From NCBI GenBank assembly GCA_038245905.1, contig JBBRRY010000016.1:15284-79283 (forward strand): DNA of 64,000 nt. Direction: 5' to 3'. Position 1 is the stretch's first letter; every line of letters begins with the position of its first letter. Shown here piece by piece: positions 57,372 to 64,000 of this stretch. Made by a program: the position numbers and the translations under genes. This DNA is from Thermoanaerobaculia bacterium. GTDB taxonomy: Bacteria; Acidobacteriota; Thermoanaerobaculia; UBA5066. The notes beneath the pieces are model-generated. The model was not told where the DNA came from, did not search any database, and was given only the letters and a program-made list of their open reading frames with translations.

Positions 57372-59020
57372 ACCGGACGTTCCGCGCGAACACGCTTCGC
57401 GCCTCCGGAAGGGCCCTCCTCGCGGGCGACGCCCGCGGGCGCCTCGTCGCGATGGCGGGGCTCTTCGCGCTTCTCATGTTTGCCGGCCTCGAGATGGCCG
57501 GCCTCGAAGGCGCCCTCCGGGCGTCCAAGGCCGCGCTCCGGGAACTGCCCGAGATCCGGCCCGCGTTCCTCCTCGAACGGCTCCTCGGAGGCGCCTTCGC
57601 GGCCGCCCTCGTTCTCGGATTTCTCGGCTCCCTCACGACGGCAATCGGTACGCTCTTCCTCTCCGAGGAGCTCGCCTCGCTCTCGACGCTCCCGTTCCCC
57701 CATCGCCGCCTCGTGCTCCGGCAAGCGATTCTCACCCTCGCCCTCGCCTCCGCGCCCACGCTCCTTCTCGCGGCGCCTGCGCTCCTCGTCGCGGCCGAAG
57801 CGAGCGTGCATCCCCTTCTCGCGTTCTTTTCCTGCCTGCTCCCTCTCGCGGGCGTCATGCTCCTCGCGGGGGCGGCGGGAATCGCGGCCGCGATTCTCTT
57901 CGTACGCGTCGTGCCCCCACGGCGCGCCCGCCTGCTCGCGGCCTTTCTCACCGCGACCGGCCTCGCGGTCGCCCTTCTCGGCTTTCGCGCCGCCCGGCCG
58001 GAGCGCCTCCTCGATCCCCTCGAAGCGCTTTCCGTCGTGACCCGGCTGGGAACCGCACCTCTCTCCCCACCCGGCCTCAGCCCCGCGGCGTGGGCCGCCC
58101 GCGCCGCCACCCGCGGACTCTTCGGAGACGCTGGAGGACTCCTGCCAGGCGCCGCGCTCTTCCTCTCCGGGCTCGTCGCGTTCCTCCTCGTGCCTCGAGC
58201 GCTCTCGCGCCTGCACCTGCACGTATTGCGCGAGGCGGGGTCCGGAGTCGCGCGAGCGGCGGGCGACGAGCGTCAGAGCCCCGAAGCCCGCTCGCTCGCA
58301 GCCGTGCTCCTCCGCGCGGAAGTTGCGACGCTCCTCCGCGACGCCTCGACGCCCGCGCAGCTCGGATCGCTGGCCGCCGTTTTCCTCCTCGACTTGATGA
58401 ACGTGCGGTTCCTGCCGGGTGGGGATTCCTCCGCGCGCGACCTCGTGGCCGGACTCCAGACGGGACTGTCGTTGTTTCTCGTCTCGGCCCTCTCGCTGCG
58501 CTTCGCGTACCCTTCCGTCTCGTCCGACGGCCGCGCCGCGCTGATTCTCAGGGCCCTTCCGCTGGATCCGCGGCGGCAGCTCCTCGCGCGTTGGGTCGTC
58601 CGTGCCGTTCCCGCCGCCCTGATCGCTCTGGTTCTCACCGGAGCGAGCCTCCTCGCCCTCCGGCCCGTGGGCACGACGTCCGCCGTCGCGCTCCTCGCCG
58701 CTCTCGCGGGTGGTCTCGCGATTCCCGCTCTCCACGTCGGACTCGGAGGGGTCTTCCCGCGCTACGACGCCCCCAATGCCGTAGCGGCCGCCCTGTCGGC
58801 CGGCGGCGTTTTCGCGCTCGTCTTCTCGACGGGCCTCGCGCTGCTTTCGACGATCGTCGTCTCCGGCGAGCTGAGAATCCTCCTGGGATCCCTTCTGCGA
58901 CAGAACCTGCCGCAGGGTCCGCTCCTTTTGCTGTTTTTCTGCGCCGCCGCCGCCGCGGCGGCCGTTCCGATGGTTCTGGCTGGCCAATCCCTCGAAAGGA
59001 GCGACCTGTCCATCGGGTGA
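57368..59020 (+). CDS. ABC-2-type permease
   Basis: Multi-TM protein coupled by GTGA overlap to the ATPase; RFAYPSVS.DG motif. Confidence 0.78.
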   Translation: MNRTFRANTLRASGRALLAGDARGRLVAMAGLFALLMFAGLEMAGLEGALRASKAALRELPEIRPAFLLERLLGGAFAAALVLGFLGSLTTAIGTLFLSEELASLSTLPFPHRRLVLRQAILTLALASAPTLLLAAPALLVAAEASVHPLLAFFSCLLPLAGVMLLAGAAGIAAAILFVRVVPPRRARLLAAFLTATGLAVALLGFRAARPERLLDPLEALSVVTRLGTAPLSPPGLSPAAWAARAATRGLFGDAGGLLPGAALFLSGLVAFLLVPRALSRLHLHVLREAGSGVARAAGDERQSPEARSLAAVLLRAEVATLLRDASTPAQLGSLAAVFLLDLMNVRFLPGGDSSARDLVAGLQTGLSLFLVSALSLRFAYPSVSSDGRAALILRALPLDPRRQLLARWVVRAVPAALIALVLTGASLLALRPVGTTSAVALLAALAGGLAIPALHVGLGGVFPRYDAPNAVAAALSAGGVFALVFSTGLALLSTIVVSGELRILLGSLLRQNLPQGPLLLLFFCAAAAAAAVPMVLAGQSLERSDLSIG

Positions 59021-59062
59021 CCTCTCAGAAGATTTTCTTAGAGGGGTGAACGAGCGAGGCGC

Positions 59063-59974
59063 TCAGTCGACTGGGTTCAGCGGCAGCTCTCCGCGGGCGA
59101 AACGCGCGATCTCTTCGCACGCGAGACGCGCCATCGAGAGGCGCGTCTCGTATGTCGCGGAGCCCAGGTGCGGAAGAAGGACGACGCCGGGCAGGGAAAG
59201 CAAGCCGGGGTGAATTGCCGGTTCGTGCTGGTACACGTCGAGACCCGCGCCCAGAAGATGCTTCGAACGAAGGGTCGCGACGAGGGCCTCTTCATCGACG
59301 ATGGGCCCGCGCGAGGTGTTGACGAGGATCGCGCCCTCTTTCATTCGCAGAAATTCTCTCTCTCCGAATCTCCCTCGCGTCTCATCCGTCAACGGAGCGT
59401 GAATGGACAACACATTCACTCTCAAAAGAAATTCTCTGAATTCCTCTTCAGACCCGTCGCGATCGAAGGAGACCACGTGCATGCCGAACGCCTCGCCCCG
59501 GCGTGCGACGGCGCGGCCGATGCGGCCCATGCCGTAGATACCGAGCGTCTTGCCCGCGAGGGAGACGCCGAGGAGCTCCTTCGGCTTCCACCCCTCCCAC
59601 GCCCCCGAACGCGCGAGCGCCTCGCCCTCGCGCAGCCGCCGCGCCACCGCGAGGATCAGGGCCCAGGCGAGGTCCGCCGTCGCCTCCGTAAGGACGTCGG
59701 GAGTGTTCGTCACGAGGACCCCGCGGGCGCGGCACGCGGCGAGGTCGACGTGGTCGACACCAACCGAGTGGCTCGCGACGATTCGCACGCGCGGCGCCGC
59801 CGCGAGCACGGCCTCCGTGACGCGTTCAGCGGGCGTCGGCAGGAGCGCCTCGGCCTCCGCGAGGAGCGGCCATTCGAAGGCCGGCAAGCCGCCGGTGCCG
59901 GTCCAGACCTCGTGGTCGGAAAGAAGCTCGGTCGTGGAGGGCTCGACGAGGGGCTGTCCGACGAAGACCTTCAC
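59063..59974 (-). CDS. D-2-hydroxyacid dehydrogenase (glyoxylate reductase-like)
   Basis: TNTPDVLT, GMGRIG, NTSRG, LDVY, LPHLGSAT. Confidence 0.9.
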   Translation of the reverse strand: MKVFVGQPLVEPSTTELLSDHEVWTGTGGLPAFEWPLLAEAEALLPTPAERVTEAVLAAAPRVRIVASHSVGVDHVDLAACRARGVLVTNTPDVLTEATADLAWALILAVARRLREGEALARSGAWEGWKPKELLGVSLAGKTLGIYGMGRIGRAVARRGEAFGMHVVSFDRDGSEEEFREFLLRVNVLSIHAPLTDETRGRFGEREFLRMKEGAILVNTSRGPIVDEEALVATLRSKHLLGAGLDVYQHEPAIHPGLLSLPGVVLLPHLGSATYETRLSMARLACEEIARFARGELPLNPVD

Positions 59975-60144
59975 GGCGCCTTGAACGGCCGCACGAGAAG
60001 CCAGCCCGCGAAAAAGACGCCGCCTCCCGCGAAGAACATCCGCTCCTCGTACCTGAGGTCGTCACGCAGGAGGCCCACCGCGAGCCCCAACCCCACGAGG
60101 ACGATGCCGACGAGCTGCAATCCCCGCCCCATCACGAACCTCAC
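59971..60144 (-). CDS. Small two-TM membrane protein
   Basis: GRGLQLVGIVLVGLGL...FFAGWLL; GTGA overlaps at both ends. Confidence 0.7.
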   Translation of the reverse strand: MRFVMGRGLQLVGIVLVGLGLAVGLLRDDLRYEERMFFAGGGVFFAGWLLVRPFKAP

Positions 60145-62231
60145 TCCAGCGCCCCTGGCGGCCGCGCGGCGCGCGCGCTCTCCCGCACACGCACGGACAC
60201 GAGCCGGTGGTCTTGCTCGGTGCGGTCGAGGATCTCCATCCCTCCGAGCACGCGCCCAAAGACCGTGTATCCGCCGTCGAGATGCCGCTGCGGCGAGAGC
60301 GCGACGAACCACTGCGATCCTCCCGTGTCGGGCCCTGAGAGCGCCATCCCGACCGCGCCCCTCTCGTACCGGACGGCGTTGATCTCGTCGCGGATCGCGT
60401 AGCCCGGGCCGCCGCTCCCGTCTCCGCGGGGGTCGCCGGTCTGAACGACGAAGTCGGGCACGACACGATGGATCACGAGCCCGTCGAAGAAGCGCCTCGC
60501 GGCCAACGTCCTAAAACTCTCGACCGTCATCGGGGCCTCCTCGGCGAGGAGCTCCATCCGGATCGTCCCCAGCGACGTCACGATCTCCGCCTCGAACGCC
60601 GATTCGTTCGCCGCGCGCGCGAGGCGATCGTAGTCCTCGCGCGAAAGCCGCGTCGCCGCCGGGATCGGCCGGAACGAATCGGCGGCTCCTCCGTACTTCG
60701 CGACGAGAAGCCGCCTCGCCTTCTCCCGCGTGACCGCATTGGCGTCGTTCACGTGCCCCGCGACGAGGGCGCGTCCGGCCTCGCCGCGCGCCGCCGCGGC
60801 GTCGAGAGCACCGACCGTGAAGTCCGGCTCGCCCGCCGCGAACGCCTTTTCGAAGGCGGACGACCAGACTCGCTTCAGTTCCTCGCTGCCCTTCTCGAGA
60901 AGCGGCGCGGCCGCGTCGAGAGCCGTGTCGCGGACCGAGGGGTCGCGGTCGATCAGGCCTGCCAGCAGCCATGACGAACGGTTCACAGTATTTTTCTTCG
61001 AAAGAGATGAGAGGGCCGCGGCACGGACACGGGGAGCCCGGTCGGCGAGCACCTCGGTCGCCAGCGCACCAGGGGGTCCGTCACCTTCGAAGAACTCCAA
61101 GGCTTCGGCCGCGCCGAGCCGCTGTTCGAGCGTCGCGCCCGCGAGGGCCGCGTCGAGCCGCGCCGCCGCAGCTTTCGGCGCTCGCGCCACGTCGAGGCGC
61201 GTCAGGCTCACGAGGGCCGTCTGCCCCCTCCATCCCTTTCGAAGCAGGTTCTCTTCGAGTACCGCACGCGCCGCGGGCGAATCGGGCAGGACCCCGAGCA
61301 AACGCAGGGCGGCGATCGCCACACCGGGAAGAGAGTCATTTGCTCGGAGAAGAGAGACGGCTCGGGCGCTCGGGGCGAGCGCCTCGTCTCCCGCAAAGGC
61401 GCTTTTCTTAGAAAGTGAATGCAGAGCGGTCAGAGCTTGCACGGCGACCGATACGTCGGTGCTCGCCGCGAGCCTAACGAGGTCCGGAGCGCTTTCTCCA
61501 TCCTCGAGGATTCCGAGGCCGCGTGCCGCCCAGGAAACGACGACCGGTTCGTCATCCCCCCTTCCAAGCACCGCGCGAAGCGCGGACGCCGCCTCCGGCT
61601 GAGGCTTCCGCGCCAATGAATAGACGACCGCGCGCCTCAGCTCCGGAGCAGGATTCTCCTCTCCGAAAACCGAAAGCAGGGCCGCCACCGTCCGCGCCTC
61701 CGGCTTGCGGAACATCGCGAGCGCGCTCGCGGCGCGCGTCGACCCGGCGGCCTCTCGCCTTCCGAGCCCAGCGAGGAGCGCGTCCGTCGCGTCCTTCCCG
61801 CCGATCTTCCCGAGCGCCTCGGCCGCATTCGCCGCCGTTTCCGGATCGGAATCGCCGAGAGCGGCGAAGAGGAATCGAACGAGACGTGCGTCACCGCAGA
61901 CCCCCGCGCCGAACGCCGCCGCGCGCCGAACGCCCGCATCCGGATCCCGGAGAAGGACCGATAGTGTGATCGCGGCGGCGGGATCCCGGAGCCGCCCGAC
62001 GGCAAGCGCCGTCTTCGCGCGCAGCCACGGATCGGGCGAGGCCGCCGCGCGCCCGGCAAGGAGCGGGTCGTACGCGCGGCGATCCTCCATCCGGAGAAGT
62101 GCGGCGAATCCACCGAGGCGTTCGCGATAGGTACCCCTCGGCGGGCCCTTCTCCGCGCCGAAGGAAAAACAGCCGGCGAGGGCGAGAGCGGCGAGGCAGA
62201 TCGCGAACGCGTGACGGTTGCGGCGCGACAT
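60141..62231 (-). CDS. Lipoprotein with HEAT repeats and C-terminal cyclophilin-type PPIase
   Basis: LAGC lipobox, HEAT-like repeats, HRVVPDFVVQTGDP, GSQWF, YTVFGRV. Confidence 0.88.
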   Translation of the reverse strand: MSRRNRHAFAICLAALALAGCFSFGAEKGPPRGTYRERLGGFAALLRMEDRRAYDPLLAGRAAASPDPWLRAKTALAVGRLRDPAAAITLSVLLRDPDAGVRRAAAFGAGVCGDARLVRFLFAALGDSDPETAANAAEALGKIGGKDATDALLAGLGRREAAGSTRAASALAMFRKPEARTVAALLSVFGEENPAPELRRAVVYSLARKPQPEAASALRAVLGRGDDEPVVVSWAARGLGILEDGESAPDLVRLAASTDVSVAVQALTALHSLSKKSAFAGDEALAPSARAVSLLRANDSLPGVAIAALRLLGVLPDSPAARAVLEENLLRKGWRGQTALVSLTRLDVARAPKAAAARLDAALAGATLEQRLGAAEALEFFEGDGPPGALATEVLADRAPRVRAAALSSLSKKNTVNRSSWLLAGLIDRDPSVRDTALDAAAPLLEKGSEELKRVWSSAFEKAFAAGEPDFTVGALDAAAARGEAGRALVAGHVNDANAVTREKARRLLVAKYGGAADSFRPIPAATRLSREDYDRLARAANESAFEAEIVTSLGTIRMELLAEEAPMTVESFRTLAARRFFDGLVIHRVVPDFVVQTGDPRGDGSGGPGYAIRDEINAVRYERGAVGMALSGPDTGGSQWFVALSPQRHLDGGYTVFGRVLGGMEILDRTEQDHRLVSVRVRESARAARPPGALE

Positions 62232-62248
62232 CGGACGTTCGCCGGAGC

Positions 62249-63007
62249 TCAGAGCCCGACGACGAGCCGGTCGCCGAGTACGGCCGGCAGGCCCGCGCGC
62301 TGGATCTTCCGGCGCGCGGCGCCCACGTCGTACGGCACTCGGTCGAAGTGGACGACCCGGGCGCTCGCGTCGTAAATGGCATACGCGGCGCGCGGATTCC
62401 GATCCCGCGGCTGACCCACCGATCCGGGGTTCACAAGGTAACGTTTCCCAGGCTCGAGTCTCAGCTTGTAGCGCGCCTCACGCACGGCCTCGACGCGAAT
62501 TCCCCCGGGCTCGAGCGTGAAAATCGACGGGATGTGGCTGTGGCCGAAGAAGCAGAGGTCGATGCCTTCAGCGAACCGGTGGAGCTGAATGAAGTTCAGC
62601 GAAGCGTCGAAGTCCGAGAAGATGTATGCGTCCTCGTCGAGGGGCGAGCCGTGGCACGCGACGAAAAGTCCGTCCACGACCTCTGGCCCGAGCGGAAGCT
62701 TCTTCAGGAAGTCCATGTTCTGCTTGGAGAGCCGGTCGATAGTCCAGCGCGCCGCCTCGAGCGCCGGCGGATTGAACAGAGACCCCTCGTCGATGCCCGA
62801 AACGACCTTGTCGTGATTTCCTCGCACCGAGATCGTCGTCTTCCGAAGGGTCCGGAAGCGGTCCAGCACCTTGTTCGGGTCGGCTGCGTAGCCCACGAAG
62901 TCGCCCAAGCAGACCACACGGTCGAAGGTCTTGCGCTTCACGCGGCGCAGCACGGCGGTGAGGGCCTCGTCGTTCGCGTGCAAGTCGGACAGGATGAGGT
63001 AACGCAC
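62249..63007 (-). CDS. Metallophosphoesterase (calcineurin-like)
   Basis: SDLHAN, LGDFVGY, GNHD, HGSP, GHSH, NPGSVGQPRD. Confidence 0.92.
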   Translation of the reverse strand: MRYLILSDLHANDEALTAVLRRVKRKTFDRVVCLGDFVGYAADPNKVLDRFRTLRKTTISVRGNHDKVVSGIDEGSLFNPPALEAARWTIDRLSKQNMDFLKKLPLGPEVVDGLFVACHGSPLDEDAYIFSDFDASLNFIQLHRFAEGIDLCFFGHSHIPSIFTLEPGGIRVEAVREARYKLRLEPGKRYLVNPGSVGQPRDRNPRAAYAIYDASARVVHFDRVPYDVGAARRKIQRAGLPAVLGDRLVVGL

Positions 63008-63008
63008 G

Positions 63009-63599
63009 TCAGCGCCCCCCGGCGATGCGCGGGTGGAGCAGGAGGGCCAGCCTGCCGGCAACGTCGCCGGGAGTCGATTCGTGATCCACGTCCAGGGTCC
63101 GGTCCGCCATTTTATAGAACGCGCGACGCGCTTCCCAGAGCAATCGCGCCGATTCTAGCGAACCGAAGAGGGGGCGATCCGCGGCCTTGTCGGCCAGGCG
63201 CGCGGAAAGGACGTCGAATGGCGGGTCCAGAAAGACCGAAACGCCATGCTCCTTCACGAACCGGACGTTCTCGGGGAACGTGAAGGTGCCCCCCCCGAGG
63301 GCGATCACCGCGTCCGCGAGCGTCGCCGTGCCGCGCAGCAGCTCGGCCTCCCTTTCGCGGAAGTAGGCCTCTCCGTGCGTCTCGAACGTCTCGCGAATCG
63401 TCTTTCCGGACATCGACTCGAAGGCCAGGTCGAGGTCTACGAACGGCACTCCCCAGCGCCTCGCCAGGAGGCGTCCGCTCGTCGTCTTGCCGCTCCCCAT
63501 GAACCCAACCAGGTAGACGCGGCCCGGCGTCCCGGCTGCGGCGCCCTCGGCCCGATCCGTCAGCGGGGCGGGGCGTTCTTCAGCCAACGCTCGAGCCAC
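63009..63599 (-). CDS. aroK: Shikimate kinase
   Basis: [27 protein letters not shown]. Start uncertain. Confidence 0.9.
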   Translation of the reverse strand: MARALAEERPAPLTDRAEGAAAGTPGRVYLVGFMGSGKTTSGRLLARRWGVPFVDLDLAFESMSGKTIRETFETHGEAYFREREAELLRGTATLADAVIALGGGTFTFPENVRFVKEHGVSVFLDPPFDVLSARLADKAADRPLFGSLESARLLWEARRAFYKMADRTLDVDHESTPGDVAGRLALLLHPRIAGGR

Positions 63600-64000
63600 T
63601 TCGTGGAGACGCGGCCCCGGCGCACGTCCGGGTCGTCGAGAAGCCGGAGGTGGAGAGGGATCGTGGTCTTGACGCCCTCCACGATGAAAAGCTCCAGTGC
63701 GCGCCGGCCACGACTGAGGGCCTCCTCACGGTCACGGCCGTGCACGATGAGCTTCGCGATGAGCGAGTCGTAGTACTGAGGAATCTTCCAGCCGGAATAG
63801 GCCGCCGTGTCCACACGCACTCCGGGCCCTCCCGGCAGGTGAAGTGTCGTGATCGTCCCGGGAGAAGGCGCGAACGTGACCGGATCCTCCGCGTTGATCC
63901 GGAACTCGATCGCGTGCCCCTGCGGCCGCCAACCCAGCCCGTCGCCGGGCGGCGTCGGCCCGAACGAAAGCGGCTCCCCGGCCGCGACGCGGATCTGCTC
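63560..64000 (-). CDS. accC: Biotin carboxylase, 3' part (runs off window end)
   Basis: [43 protein letters not shown]. Confidence 0.92.
   Translation of the reverse strand, partial: EQIRVAAGEPLSFGPTPPGDGLGWRPQGHAIEFRINAEDPVTFAPSPGTITTLHLPGGPGVRVDTAAYSGWKIPQYYDSLIAKLIVHGRDREEALSRGRRALELFIVEGVKTTIPLHLRLLDDPDVRRGRVSTKWLERWLKNAPPR

Noticed and set aside
1-64000. CRISPR arrays, tRNA/rRNA genes, prophage or defence genes
   Set aside because: I recognised no regularly spaced repeat-spacer array, RNA gene signature, integrase or defence-domain motif by eye; a covariance-model scan was not possible.

Overview
Very GC-rich bacterial chromosome segment. Gene content (Oar-like TonB-dependent receptor, IPTL-CTERM protein, MaeB fusion) suggests Acidobacteriota, but this is inference. 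It holds about 55 CDSs: housekeeping genes (5' part of uvrA, mutY, maeB, proS, hbd, two divergent glutamate dehydrogenases, aroK, 3' part of accC); an ABC transporter-CHAD-phosphodiesterase operon; glycosylation genes; a roughly 9 kb stress/small-protein island (14.2-23.5 kb) with six sigma-54-type promoters and decayed Ku and AI-2E genes; a sphingolipid delta-4-desaturase-like gene; a TetR-associated TonB receptor/FabG/atypical KAS III/hydrolase/acyl-CoA ligase operon; an ECF sigma cassette; and a PEP/pyruvate-binding-domain protein next to GDH. The most unexpected signal is a dispersed AT-rich DNA motif, approximately CC(T)TTCnAAGAAA(A)TC. It is written over unrelated protein-coding genes in several reading frames and recurs as inverted pairs 60-170 bp apart. 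I recognised no rRNA, tRNA, CRISPR array, transposase or integrase. All calls come from reading the sequence by eye; no database searches were run.
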